From Candidatus Omnitrophota bacterium (GTDB lineage Bacteria > Omnitrophota > Gorgyraeia > Gygaellales > Profunditerraquicolaceae), in contig JBAZOC010000001.1 of NCBI GenBank assembly GCA_041648915.1, positions 10,801 through 74,800 on the forward strand: DNA of 64,000 nt, given 5' to 3'. The stretch's first letter is position 1; every line of letters begins with the position of its first letter. Both the position numbers and the translations under genes were made by a program. Below are positions 1 through 9,838 of this stretch, piece by piece. Under the pieces are notes generated by a model, which was not told where the DNA came from, ran no database searches, and worked only from the letters and a program-made list of their open reading frames with translations.

Positions 1-46
1 GAAGATAAAGAAGCCCGGGCAATAAGCCCGAAAACAGTTAAAGTAG

Positions 47-595
47 ATGGAAAAAACTGCATTAAGAATTAGAAAATACGGAGACCTTACCTTAAGAAAA
101 AAGGCAGGCCTAGTCAAAAAAATTACTCCTGACCACCGGGATATTTTAAGCGCTATGGCCCGGCTTATGTATGCTGGCGAAGGGATAGGCCTGGCCGCTG
201 CGCAGGTAGGCCTGGACCAGGCCATGATTGTGGTGGATATCGGCAAGGGGCTTTATAAAGTCGTGAATCCTAAGATTGTAAAAGCCCAAGGTACACAGGT
301 TAACCTGGAGGGGTGCCTGAGCGTTCCCGGGATATGTATTAAGGTCAAACGCGCAAATAAAATTAAAGTAACCGGGCTGGATGAAAACGGTGAGCCTTTA
401 AACCTAGAAGCTGAAGGGCTTCTGGCTTGCGTATTCCAGCATGAGATAGACCATCTCAAGGGCCGGCTTATCGTAGATTACGCGTCTTTTCCGGAGAAGA
501 TCAAAATCGCCAGGACCCTAAAAGAACTAAAGAAGAAAGCTGAAGATGAGAATTTGTCAGAACCAACAAAAAAATCTTGCGAATTGCAATTGTAG
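47..595 (+). CDS. def: peptide deformylase
   Basis: 182-aa ORF. The translation shows the three PDF motifs [16 protein letters not shown] and HEIDHL. Confidence 0.93.
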   Translation: MEKTALRIRKYGDLTLRKKAGLVKKITPDHRDILSAMARLMYAGEGIGLAAAQVGLDQAMIVVDIGKGLYKVVNPKIVKAQGTQVNLEGCLSVPGICIKVKRANKIKVTGLDENGEPLNLEAEGLLACVFQHEIDHLKGRLIVDYASFPEKIKIARTLKELKKKAEDENLSEPTKKSCELQL

Positions 596-743
596 TTATG
601 CGCCTTGTGAGAAGAAAGGCATATGCTGTGAATGCGTCGCCTATCACCGTAGCCGGCAGGAACTACCCGCTTGTTTTTTCCCTCCTGGATTAGAGAAGAC
701 CTACGACCGTTCGGTAAATAATTTCCTAAGGATAAAAAAATGA
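546..743 (+). CDS. small cysteine-rich protein (DUF6485-like from memory; function unknown)
   Basis: 65-aa ORF with a dense Cys/His pattern, [22 protein letters not shown]. The first patterned Cys codons (from 585) lie before the def stop at 595, so some overlap with def is unavoidable. Confidence 0.5.
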   Translation: MRICQNQQKNLANCNCSYAPCEKKGICCECVAYHRSRQELPACFFPPGLEKTYDRSVNNFLRIKK

Positions 744-1612
744 ACCGCCTTCCGAGTTGGCTAAAACAGGATATTCCGGATACCTTGGCTTGGGAGACAG
801 CCGGCAATATTGCCGGCCTGGGTGTGCATACTGTTTGCCAGCAGGCTTTATGCCCGAACATAAACGCTTGTTTCGCAAGGAGGCAGGCTGCCTTTATGCT
901 CCTGGGAAAATATTGTACGCGGCATTGCAGGTTCTGTAATATTTCAGGGGATGCTTTAAGATTGTTTCAAGAAGCATACCCGGATGAACCTGAGCGGATT
1001 GCCCGGGCAGTTAAGTTATTGGAGTTGAAATATGTGGTCATTACCTCGGTAACGCGCGATGATTTGGAAGATGGGGGCGCTCTTCAGTTTGTAAGAGTAA
1101 TAGAGTCAATTCGGAGCGCGGATAACACGGTTAAGGTGGAAGTTTTAATCCCGGATTTTCAAGGTAAGAGCGAGGCCTTAAGAAGAGTTGTTAATTCCGG
1201 GCCTTTTGTCTTAGCGCATAACCTGGAGACAATTGAGCGGCTTTACAGCGTAATCAGGCCGCAAGCGCATTACCGGCGTTCACTTAGGCTATTAGCCAAG
1301 GCAAAAGAATGGGGGAAGGGATTAATTACTAAATCTTCAATTATGCTGGGATTCGGCGAGACAAAAGAAGAAGTAGTAGCTATTTTAAAAGATTTACGTT
1401 CCAGCGGTTGTGATATAGTGACTCTAGGCCAATACCTGGCGCCTTCTTCCAAACATTACCCGGTAAAAGAATTTATTTCACCGGAACAATTCCGGGAATA
1501 CTCTGCGCTTGGGCTGGGTTTAGGATTCAAGGGTGTCCTCTCCGGGCCGAAAGTAAGAAGCTCTTATAAGGCCGAAGAATTAAGCCGGCCGGAGGTTTTA
1601 AGCTATGCATGA
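740..1612 (+). CDS. lipA: lipoyl synthase
   Basis: 290 aa. Has the auxiliary cluster motif CPNINAC and the radical-SAM motif CTRHCRFC. Start overlaps the previous stop by 4 nt. Confidence 0.93.
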   Translation: MNRLPSWLKQDIPDTLAWETAGNIAGLGVHTVCQQALCPNINACFARRQAAFMLLGKYCTRHCRFCNISGDALRLFQEAYPDEPERIARAVKLLELKYVVITSVTRDDLEDGGALQFVRVIESIRSADNTVKVEVLIPDFQGKSEALRRVVNSGPFVLAHNLETIERLYSVIRPQAHYRRSLRLLAKAKEWGKGLITKSSIMLGFGETKEEVVAILKDLRSSGCDIVTLGQYLAPSSKHYPVKEFISPEQFREYSALGLGLGFKGVLSGPKVRSSYKAEELSRPEVLSYA

Positions 1613-2516
1613 CCTGATTATTATCGGGGCAGGCCCGGCAGGCCTTACTGCTGCGCTTTATGCCGGGAGGTTCAAGCTGGATACTTTGATTTTTGAGAAG
1701 ATGTCCACCGGAGGCCAGATACTGCTTTCGCCCACCATTGAAAATTATCCGGGATTTCCCGAAGGGGTCTCTACCTTTGAGTTGATGGATAGATTTAAGC
1801 AGCAGGTTGAAGCTTTAGGGGTGAATATAGAAGATCAAGAGGTGCTGGGAGTAGCACCTGACGGAAAGTTTTACCAGGTTAAAACGCCAGAAGGAGTTTT
1901 TAGCACAAAGGCACTGGTTATTGCCAGCGGCGCCCAGCCTAAAAAGCTTGGGGTAGAAGGCGAGGATAAGTTGACCGGCCGCGGCGTTTCTTATTGCGGT
2001 ACCTGCGACGGCCCTTTATTTAAGGATAAAGATGTTGTAGTCGTCGGAGGAGGCGACCGCGCGATTGAGGATGCCTTATTCCTGGCAGGCTATGCCAGCT
2101 CAGTGCACCTTATTCACCGTAGAAATGAATTTCGCGCCGCGCAGATTTTAGTAACTAAGGCGCAAGAAAACCCGAAGATAAGATTTGTCTTGGAGAGCGT
2201 AGTCGAGGGGATTAAGGGAGAGGATAAAGTAGAGGCAGTCCGGGTTAAGCACGCCAAGACACTGCAAGGTTCAGAGATAAAATGCCAGGGGGTTTTTATA
2301 TTTGTAGGCATAATCCCGAATACTGCCTTTATAAAAAATATATTGGAAACAGACGCGTTTGGGTTTATAATTACTGACCAGGCAATGCACGCCTCTAAAG
2401 AAGGGGTATTTGCCTGCGGAGATTGTGTGAGTAAGAGTTTATACCAGGTAGTCAATGCCTGCGGCGAAGGGGCAGTTGCTGTTAATTCTGCCCAGAAATA
2501 CCTCTTAAAATTATGA
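1605..2516 (+). CDS. trxB: thioredoxin-disulfide reductase
   Basis: 303 aa. Has the FAD motif GAGPAG, a redox-active CGTCDG (variant of CATCDG) and a second dinucleotide motif GGGDRA. Confidence 0.88.
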   Translation: MHDLIIIGAGPAGLTAALYAGRFKLDTLIFEKMSTGGQILLSPTIENYPGFPEGVSTFELMDRFKQQVEALGVNIEDQEVLGVAPDGKFYQVKTPEGVFSTKALVIASGAQPKKLGVEGEDKLTGRGVSYCGTCDGPLFKDKDVVVVGGGDRAIEDALFLAGYASSVHLIHRRNEFRAAQILVTKAQENPKIRFVLESVVEGIKGEDKVEAVRVKHAKTLQGSEIKCQGVFIFVGIIPNTAFIKNILETDAFGFIITDQAMHASKEGVFACGDCVSKSLYQVVNACGEGAVAVNSAQKYLLKL

Positions 2517-4306
2517 CGAAATTTCCCACGCATAACAAAAAATTAAAAGAATGGGTAGACCGGATGGCCAAGCTTTGCCAGCCGGAGGATATTGTCTGGA
2601 TTAACGGCTCAGCTACGCAGAGGGCAGCTTTAGAAAAAGAAGCCCTTGTACAGAGCGAATTAATTCAATTAAACCCGGAAGAACTGCCGGGTTGTTTTCT
2701 GCACCGTACTGCCGTTGATGATGTTGCCCGGACCGAACACCTCACTTTTATCTGTACCAAGAAAAAACATACTGCCGGCCCGACGAATAACTGGATGGCG
2801 CCCCAGGCCGCCTATAAAAAAGCTAAGGCTATATTCAAAGGCGCGATGGCCGGCCGTACGATGTATGTTATTCCTTTTTCCATGGGCCCTATAGGCTCAA
2901 GGTTCAGTAAGATTGGAGTTGAGCTGACCGACTCGCGTTATGTGGCTTTGAACATGCTGGTGATGACCCGCGCCGGCGAAGCGGTCTTAAGGCAGCTGGA
3001 AAAAGAAGATAATTTTACCAAGTGCCTGCATTCCAAGGCCCAGCTGGATATTAATAAGAGGCTGATCCTGCATTTTCCCGAAGATAATACCATTTGGAGC
3101 GTGGGTTCAGGCTACGGCGGAAACGTGCTCTTAGGAAAAAAATGTTTATCTTTACGTATTGCCAGTTATTTAGGGTTGCGGGAGCACTGGCTGGCTGAGC
3201 ATATGCTGCTTATGGGTATTGAAGAGCCTAACGGCCATATTGAATATATCGCCGCGGCTTTTCCCAGCGCCTGCGGTAAAACGAATCTGGCCATGCTTGT
3301 CCCTCCGGAAGGGCTGAAGGTAAAAGGTTATCGTATCTGGACGGTCGGTGATGATATATCCTGGATGCGCGTAGATTCAGACGGAGCACTTTGGGCAATT
3401 AATCCTGAAACAGGATTTTTTGGGGTTGCCCCCGGGACTAATTCCGAAACCAATCCCAATATGGTGGAAACCATCAGAAAGAATACCATTTTTACTAATG
3501 TCCTACTTAAACCTGATAAAACAGTCTGGTGGGAAGGTGCTGACGGCGAAATTCCTTCTGCTGGTATTGACTGGCGGGGCCGGCCTTGGGAGCCGGGATC
3601 AAAAGAGGCTAATGGAAAACCGGTTTTAGGTGCGCATCCGAACAGCCGCTTCACCGCTCCGGTTGCGAACTGCCCTTCAGTTTCATTCAGGTTAGAGCAG
3701 CATCACGGAGTACCCATATCGGCGATCGTCTTTGGCGGCCGCAGGCAACACCTGGCGCCTCTGGTTTATGAAACATTTAACTGGCAGCATGGGGTGTTTG
3801 CCGGCGCGACCATGGCCTCTGAACGTACAGCAGCCCAGGTCGGCGAGTTAGGCCAGGTGCGCAGAGACCCGATGGCCATGCTGCCATTTTGCGGCTATAA
3901 TATGGGGGATTATTTCCGGCATTGGTTGAATATGGGTAAACGTATGGCCAAGCCTCCGAAGATATTCCATGTTAACTGGTTCAGGACCGATGAGCAGGGG
4001 GAATTTTTATGGCCGGGGTTCAAAGAGAATTTAAGGGTCCTGGAATGGATCCTGGACCGCTGTAACTCCCGGGTGGGGGCAGCTAAGACCGCGATAGGTT
4101 ATGTGCCGTACCAGGCGGATATTGATATAACCGGCTTGCATTTAGCGCCGGGCGTATTGGAGAAATTACTTGAGGTGCGTAAAGATAACTGGCTGGAAGA
4201 ATTAAAAGGTATTAAGAGGTTTTTTAGCCAGTTTAAAAAAGATTTACCTTGCGAATTGTGGCAGGAATATAACGCCCTCCAGAAACGCCTTAAATCCCAT
4301 GAATAA
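2513..4306 (+). CDS. pckG: phosphoenolpyruvate carboxykinase (GTP)
   Basis: 597 aa. Has the kinase-1a loop AFPSACGKTN and GTP-PEPCK-like sequence along its whole length. Confidence 0.93.
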   Translation: MTKFPTHNKKLKEWVDRMAKLCQPEDIVWINGSATQRAALEKEALVQSELIQLNPEELPGCFLHRTAVDDVARTEHLTFICTKKKHTAGPTNNWMAPQAAYKKAKAIFKGAMAGRTMYVIPFSMGPIGSRFSKIGVELTDSRYVALNMLVMTRAGEAVLRQLEKEDNFTKCLHSKAQLDINKRLILHFPEDNTIWSVGSGYGGNVLLGKKCLSLRIASYLGLREHWLAEHMLLMGIEEPNGHIEYIAAAFPSACGKTNLAMLVPPEGLKVKGYRIWTVGDDISWMRVDSDGALWAINPETGFFGVAPGTNSETNPNMVETIRKNTIFTNVLLKPDKTVWWEGADGEIPSAGIDWRGRPWEPGSKEANGKPVLGAHPNSRFTAPVANCPSVSFRLEQHHGVPISAIVFGGRRQHLAPLVYETFNWQHGVFAGATMASERTAAQVGELGQVRRDPMAMLPFCGYNMGDYFRHWLNMGKRMAKPPKIFHVNWFRTDEQGEFLWPGFKENLRVLEWILDRCNSRVGAAKTAIGYVPYQADIDITGLHLAPGVLEKLLEVRKDNWLEELKGIKRFFSQFKKDLPCELWQEYNALQKRLKSHE

Positions 4307-5192
4307 AGAGGTAGTATTAAATACGGATTTTAAAGAGTTGCAGTTATTCCGTAAGGGTAAAGTAAGGGATGTTTATGATTTGGGGGATAAACTCCTGATC
4401 GTTTCAACGGACAGGATATCCTGTTTTGATGTGGTTTTGCCTTGCGGCATACCTTATAAGGGAAAAGTTTTAACCGCGCTATCCTGTTTCTGGTTTGATT
4501 TTCTAAAAAATATAATGCCTAACCATTATATTAGCGCGGATGTGGATAGCTACCCGCCGGAGTTAAAAAAATATAAAAATGCATTATCCGGGCGTTCCAT
4601 GCTGGTAACTAAGAGTAAGCCTTTTGCGGCAGAGTTTATTGTCAGGGGCTACCTGTCGGGCTCAGGATGGAAAGAATACCAAAAGCAACAGTCTGTTTGC
4701 GGGATAAAGCTTCCTGAGGGCCTTGAGGAATCCGCCAGGCTCCCGGAAGTTATTTTTACGCCTTCTACTAAAGCCGAGACGGGACATGATCAGAATATTA
4801 GCCGGGAATACATAGACAAGTTAATCGGTAAGGAAGCTGTGAATGAAATTGTCCGGTTAAGCGTGGATATTTATAAGCAGGCAAGCGAGCATGCTTATAA
4901 ACAGGGGATAATTATTGCCGATACCAAATTTGAGTTCGGCTTGCAGGATAACAAAATCATTCTCATTGACGAAGTACTTACTCCGGATTCCTCACGTTTT
5001 TGGCCGTTGGATACCTACGTTGCCGGCCAGGCCCAGTCTAGCTTTGATAAACAGTTTGTGCGCGACTATCTTGAGGGGTTAAACTGGAACAAGATTCCTC
5101 CGGCGCCTAGGCTGCCGGAGGAGATTATTTTAAAAACCTCCCAGAAGTATCTGGAGGCCTACCATAAGTTAACCGGAAGAGAGCTTAAATAA
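4299..5192 (+). CDS. purC: phosphoribosylaminoimidazole-succinocarboxamide (SAICAR) synthase
   Basis: 297 aa with SAICAR-synthase-like motifs GKVRDVY and ADTKFEFG. Confidence 0.92.
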   Translation: MNKEVVLNTDFKELQLFRKGKVRDVYDLGDKLLIVSTDRISCFDVVLPCGIPYKGKVLTALSCFWFDFLKNIMPNHYISADVDSYPPELKKYKNALSGRSMLVTKSKPFAAEFIVRGYLSGSGWKEYQKQQSVCGIKLPEGLEESARLPEVIFTPSTKAETGHDQNISREYIDKLIGKEAVNEIVRLSVDIYKQASEHAYKQGIIIADTKFEFGLQDNKIILIDEVLTPDSSRFWPLDTYVAGQAQSSFDKQFVRDYLEGLNWNKIPPAPRLPEEIILKTSQKYLEAYHKLTGRELK

Positions 5193-5194
5193 GA

Positions 5195-6196
5195 ATGAGG
5201 GTTTTTAAAAAAATATTATCCGTATTATTAAGAATAACCGTAAGCGTTGTTTTACTGGTCCTTTTGTTCAAGTTCAACAAAATCGATATCAGTAATTTGA
5301 TAAATGATATAAAAGGAGCGGATAAGGCGCTTTTAGCCGTAGGCTTTATAATCTACTTTTTGGTTTATTTCCTCGGATTTTGGCGTTGGCATATGCTGCT
5401 TAAGGCAGCGGGTATCCATGCCCCTTTAAAGAGGCTGCTGGTTTCATTTTCCGGGGGAGTTTTTTTTAGCATTTTTCTGCCTTCTACCATCGGCGGGGAT
5501 ATTGTCAAAACTGCCGATCTTGCCGGACATACCCGTAAAACTAAAGAGGTTATCGCTACGGTCCTGCTGGACAGGCTAAGCGGTTATATCGGCCTGGTCC
5601 TGGTAATTTTACCTGCCCTCTTATTAGGCAGGGAGATGGTGCGGGATAAAGTTGTTACCTCGTCGGTCGCCGTCATCGTTATTCTGTTGATCGGTATCCT
5701 CCTGGTTTTATTCAATAGATTTATCTATTCCCGGATTACCAAATTCCTCACTGCTCCGGGAGCGGGAAAGATCAAAGAGACGCTTAGTGATTTACATAGC
5801 GAGATCCATATCTTTCGCCATCACAAAAAATTGATCGCCTACAACCTGATTTTGTCTTCTTTTATCCAGCTTATCGCGCCGTTAAGCGCTTACTTTATCG
5901 CCCTCTCTCTTGGCGTAAAAATCAACTTTCTTTATTTCTTGGTTTTCCTGCCGATAATCGGGGCGATCACGTTGCTTCCTATAGCTATAGGCGGCCTGGG
6001 CCTGAGAGAAAACCTTTTTGTAGTTTATTTCGCCAAGGCTGGAGTAATCAAACAATTAGCCGTAGCTATGTCACTCTTATCATTCTCTTTTGTCGTAATT
6101 TACGGAGCAGTGGGAGGCATAATCTATGTCCTTACAGTACATCATCGACGGGTACAACATAACCAACCATCCCGCATTCATAAAGTTAATCCCTAA
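5195..6196 (+). CDS. polytopic membrane protein, UPF0104 / lysylphosphatidylglycerol-synthase-TM-like (flippase-like)
   Basis: 333 aa with about 8 hydrophobic segments. Has the N-terminal KxxLxxLLRI pattern typical of the UPF0104 family. Confidence 0.6.
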   Translation: MRVFKKILSVLLRITVSVVLLVLLFKFNKIDISNLINDIKGADKALLAVGFIIYFLVYFLGFWRWHMLLKAAGIHAPLKRLLVSFSGGVFFSIFLPSTIGGDIVKTADLAGHTRKTKEVIATVLLDRLSGYIGLVLVILPALLLGREMVRDKVVTSSVAVIVILLIGILLVLFNRFIYSRITKFLTAPGAGKIKETLSDLHSEIHIFRHHKKLIAYNLILSSFIQLIAPLSAYFIALSLGVKINFLYFLVFLPIIGAITLLPIAIGGLGLRENLFVVYFAKAGVIKQLAVAMSLLSFSFVVIYGAVGGIIYVLTVHHRRVQHNQPSRIHKVNP

Positions 6197-6614
6197 GAAA
6201 TTTTTTGATTCACGCCTTGCGCTTATTCAATTTATCAAAATGAGCGGACTCTTCGCCAGCCCTAATAATAAATGCCTGGTTGTTTTTGATGGCTATGCGG
6301 ACTCTGGCCTGGATAATCTGGAAGCCGGAAATATTACGGTAGCTTTTTCCCGGCGCCTGAGCGCCGACGAACGCATTAAAAGACTGGTGGAGTTAACCAC
6401 CGCCCCGAAGAATATTATTGTTGTTTCGGACGATAAGGAGATCAGGTTTTTTGTGCGTTCCTGCGGAGCAAAATCCATGAGCGTGGAAGATTTTCTCGGG
6501 GCGCAAGAGAAAAAACGCCGGCCGCCAGGAAAAAACCCGCCCCCCGAGATAGAGCTCAGTTATACTCAGATGCACAAAATCAATGAGGAGCTAAAGAAGC
6601 TATGGCTTTCCTGA
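6126..6614 (+). CDS. NYN-domain (YacP/Rae1-like) putative ribonuclease
   Basis: 162 aa. N-terminus YIIDGYNITNH matches the YacP-type xxDGYN catalytic start. A GGGAGG RBS at 6112-6117 lies 8 nt upstream of the ATG. Confidence 0.7.
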   Translation: MSLQYIIDGYNITNHPAFIKLIPKKFFDSRLALIQFIKMSGLFASPNNKCLVVFDGYADSGLDNLEAGNITVAFSRRLSADERIKRLVELTTAPKNIIVVSDDKEIRFFVRSCGAKSMSVEDFLGAQEKKRRPPGKNPPPEIELSYTQMHKINEELKKLWLS

Positions 6615-7357
6615 AATTTTTAGGTACTGCCGGAGCGCGTTTTGTGATGATTGAGCAGCTCAGGTCATCCGGAGGTATCTGGGTTTGCCACCAGGATACC
6701 AATGTGTTAATTGATCCCGGCCCGGGGAGCATCGTGCGTTGCGCATCGAGCAGGCCAAAGTTAAACCCCCTTAAGCTAGACGGCATAGTCCTTACGCATC
6801 GCCACCTGGACCATACTAACGATATCAATGTGATGATTGAGGCGATGACCGAAGGAGGTTTTAAAAAGAGGGGCATAGTCTTTTGCCCGGCTGATGCGTT
6901 AAGCGAGGATTCCATTATTCTCAGGCACGCCGTTAATTTTCCCGAGAAGATAGAAATATTGGAAGCGGGCAGGGATTATAAGGTAGGAAATTTTGCATTT
7001 AAGACCTCCATGCGCCACATTCATCCGGTGGAGACTTTCGGCCTGAAGTTTAATTTAGGGGATACGGCCGTGGGTCTACTTACGGATACAAGGTTTTTTA
7101 AAGAGCTGGAAGATTTTTACCAAACCGATATATTAATCATGTCCGTAGTTTTCTTTGAGCCGCGTCCGGGTATTGACCACCTTTGCCTAAGTGATGCCGA
7201 GGAGATTATCCGCAGCTGTAAGCCCAAGCGGGCCATCTTGACGCATTTCGGTATGACTATGCTCAAGGCTAAGCCGCATATCCAGGCAGAATCCCTCACC
7301 CGGCGTCTAGGCATTAAAGTAGAAGCAGCTTATGACGGGATGTGCCTGACTTTATAG
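6602..7357 (+). CDS. MBL-fold metallo-hydrolase
   Basis: 251 aa with the HxHxDH motif as THRHLDH. Start overlaps the NYN gene by 13 nt. Confidence 0.75.
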   Translation: MAFLKFLGTAGARFVMIEQLRSSGGIWVCHQDTNVLIDPGPGSIVRCASSRPKLNPLKLDGIVLTHRHLDHTNDINVMIEAMTEGGFKKRGIVFCPADALSEDSIILRHAVNFPEKIEILEAGRDYKVGNFAFKTSMRHIHPVETFGLKFNLGDTAVGLLTDTRFFKELEDFYQTDILIMSVVFFEPRPGIDHLCLSDAEEIIRSCKPKRAILTHFGMTMLKAKPHIQAESLTRRLGIKVEAAYDGMCLTL

Positions 7358-7447
7358 AATTATTGTTACTGAGAGCAGATGCTTATCTCCGCTCCTGCAC
7401 TAGATTAGTGCCGGAGCAGGAAAAAGTTGCATTAATAAAACTTTTTC

Positions 7448-7476
7448 TTGACATAAACTTATGCTTATGATAGAGT
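7448..7476 (+). promoter_or_regulatory. sigma70-type promoter candidate (TTGACA-17 nt-TAGAGT)
   Basis: TTGACA at 7448-7453 and TAGAGT at 7471-7476. A strong AGGAGG RBS follows before the ATG at 7516. Confidence 0.45.
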
Positions 7477-7515
7477 TAAACAAAATTAGGCAACACTAAC
7501 CAAAGGAGGTGCAGG

Positions 7516-8193
7516 ATGAGCAGTTGGCAAGTAGTTTTGCTAGAACCAGCCAGGAGCGTCCTTGCTCAAATAGGGCAGTTTGTAACGAACATTCTGTTAG
7601 TGCTTATTATCCTTATTGTCGGCTGGGTCATCTCTAAGTTGATCCGGACAGTGGTGACCAAGGCTTTAAGGATGGTTAAGATTGATGAGCTCTCTGACCG
7701 TGTGGGATTGGAAGCTTTGTTGGAAAAGGGCGGCATCAGTTACTCCCTTTCGGAGTTAGTCGGGATAATCTGCTACTGGTTGGCGCTTTTAGTTACTTTC
7801 ATGGTTGCGATCAATGCCATCGGCCTGACTATAGCCGCAGATCTATTGAATAAAGTAGTACTCTATATACCTAGCGTCATTGCCGCTGTATTTATCCTGG
7901 TCTTAGGTATGTTTGCCGCTACGATACTAAAGAATATAGTCATTACGGCAGCTAATAATGCCGGGCTTAGCCAGGGGAAGGTTTTGGCTAGAATTGTGGA
8001 AGTGATTATTATTCTTTTTGCCGTATTCGTGGGTTTAGAACAGCTTAATATCGGTATCCGTATCACCGAGTTGACCCTGGGAATAGGCCTGGCCAGTTTA
8101 GGTTTGGGTTTGGCTTTGGCTTTTGGCTTGGGCTGCAAGGATATTGCGGGTAAATTTATGGATGATTTTGTAAATAAGTTAAAGAAGAAATAG
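7516..8193 (+). CDS. membrane protein with repeated conserved-TM-helix segments (MscS-associated type), function unknown
   Basis: 225 aa with about 5 TM helices. Repeated helices resemble the conserved TM helix repeat seen in mechanosensitive-channel relatives. Confidence 0.45.
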   Translation: MSSWQVVLLEPARSVLAQIGQFVTNILLVLIILIVGWVISKLIRTVVTKALRMVKIDELSDRVGLEALLEKGGISYSLSELVGIICYWLALLVTFMVAINAIGLTIAADLLNKVVLYIPSVIAAVFILVLGMFAATILKNIVITAANNAGLSQGKVLARIVEVIIILFAVFVGLEQLNIGIRITELTLGIGLASLGLGLALAFGLGCKDIAGKFMDDFVNKLKKK

Positions 8194-8218
8194 GTAGATG
8201 TTTTTAGCGGTAGATAAA

Positions 8219-8262
8219 CAAACCCCGCACTTTTTAAGTTAAAGTGCGGGGTTTTTATTTTT
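8219..8262 (+). terminator. intrinsic terminator
   Basis: Stem CCCCGCACTTT (8223-8233) pairs with AAAGTGCGGGG (8241-8251) and is followed by a T-run. Confidence 0.85.
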
Positions 8263-8297
8263 GGAGCTATAGGGGGTAAGAGCAGGAGTATAATATA

Positions 8298-9806
8298 ATG
8301 AAATATGATGCGCTAATCATAGGTGGTGGATTGGGAGGGCTTACCGCCGCAGCTAAGCTGGCCAGGGAAGGTAAGAAGGTTTTGCTAATTGAGCAGCACA
8401 CTATGCCCGGCGGGTGTGCAACGGCATTTAGACGCGGGAATTACACAATGGAAGTAGGGTTGCAGCAGACAGTTTTGCTTTATGATAGTATTTTGCGGAA
8501 AAGAATATTCCATGAATTAGATATTCTTAATAATATTGAATTCATACCTATTCCTGAATTTTACCGCTTTATTAGCGAGAAGGTTGATATTGTCATACCG
8601 AACGATTACCTGAAAGCCGAAGCCGAACTCATTGAGCATTTTCCTTCCGAAGAAAAAGGAATAAAAAGTTTTATAAGTATTACTAGAAATATGCTCAAGG
8701 AATATGAGAGGCTGCCTAGAGAGACGTGGAAGCGATTACTCTGGGTGCCCCTGATCCCCTTTCTTTGTCCCACGCTGGCCCGCTACTATTATGTAAGCGT
8801 AGGTAAATTCGTAGACACAGTTATAAAAAATGAAGATTTGAAATTGGCCTTGCTTGCTAACTTAGGCTATTATCATAATGATCCTTATACCCTGCCATTA
8901 TTATTTTTTGCGATAGCGCAAGGGAGATTCTATCTTGGTAAAGGCCGCTATATAAGAGGCGGTTCGTATAAGCTTCCTGAATACCTGTCCGGATTCATAA
9001 AAAAATTTAGCGGGGAAGTCTTGCTGGGGCATTTAGTGACAAAAATCCTGGTTGAAAATAAGAAGGCGGTAGGGATAGAATATATAAAGAAAGAAGGGGG
9101 CGGGGAAGCGAAAAGAGCTTATGCCAAGGTCATTATTGCAAATGCGAGTATTCCTAGCGTTGCCCAGGAACTCCTCCCGGATAAGGAAGCAGGGATACTT
9201 AAGCGGAAAATTAAGAAAATGGAGCACGCCTGCTCTTTGCTGACTATTTTTTTATTTTTTAAAAAGCCGGCAAAAGATTTCGGCTGCAGGAATTATTGCA
9301 ATATTTTTTTGAGCCCTCAAGTAAAGTCATTAGGCGGGATCAATTTAGATAGGAGTGTCGCAGAAAAGAGCTTTGCGTTCGTGGATTACGGCCAGATTGA
9401 TTCACAGTTGGCTCCGGCAGGCAGGGGCGTCGGGGTGATTCATACGGTTGATTATCTTAAAAATTGGTTGAATTTGAGCGTTGATGAATATAAGGCCAGG
9501 AAAGAAAGAGTTGCCCATGATTTTATAGAGAGGCTAAACGGAATTTTCCCGGGCATAAAAGAAGGGATAGATTTCTATGAAGTGGGCACTCCAAAAACGA
9601 TTAAGCGCTATACTTTAAATCCTTCGGGGACCGCCTATGGCTTTGCGCAGATCCCGAGCCAGTCTGGGGTAAAACGCATTAAGCATAAGTCGCCCATTAA
9701 GAATCTTTATTTTGCTTCTGCCTGGACCAGGCCCGGCGGAGGATTTACGGGCGCGGTCTTAAGCGGTTATTGCTGCGCAGAAGAGGTATTGAGGAAGTAT
9801 AGATAA
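8298..9806 (+). CDS. FAD/NAD(P)-binding oxidoreductase, phytoene-desaturase (CrtI) family
   Basis: 502 aa. N-terminal dinucleotide fold DALIIGGGLGGLTAA followed by IEQHTMPGGC. C-terminal GGGFTGAVLSG is typical of COG1233 enzymes. Confidence 0.75.
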   Translation: MKYDALIIGGGLGGLTAAAKLAREGKKVLLIEQHTMPGGCATAFRRGNYTMEVGLQQTVLLYDSILRKRIFHELDILNNIEFIPIPEFYRFISEKVDIVIPNDYLKAEAELIEHFPSEEKGIKSFISITRNMLKEYERLPRETWKRLLWVPLIPFLCPTLARYYYVSVGKFVDTVIKNEDLKLALLANLGYYHNDPYTLPLLFFAIAQGRFYLGKGRYIRGGSYKLPEYLSGFIKKFSGEVLLGHLVTKILVENKKAVGIEYIKKEGGGEAKRAYAKVIIANASIPSVAQELLPDKEAGILKRKIKKMEHACSLLTIFLFFKKPAKDFGCRNYCNIFLSPQVKSLGGINLDRSVAEKSFAFVDYGQIDSQLAPAGRGVGVIHTVDYLKNWLNLSVDEYKARKERVAHDFIERLNGIFPGIKEGIDFYEVGTPKTIKRYTLNPSGTAYGFAQIPSQSGVKRIKHKSPIKNLYFASAWTRPGGGFTGAVLSGYCCAEEVLRKYR

Positions 9807-9838
9807 TAAAAATTCATATTTGGGTCTGCGGTTTAAAG

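Noticed and set aside
7380-7416. Imperfect hairpin CTCCTGCACT-AGATT-AGTGCCGGAGCAG downstream of the MBL gene, considered as a terminator.
   Set aside because: The stem has mismatches and is followed by an A-rich rather than a T-rich tract. There is insufficient support to annotate it.
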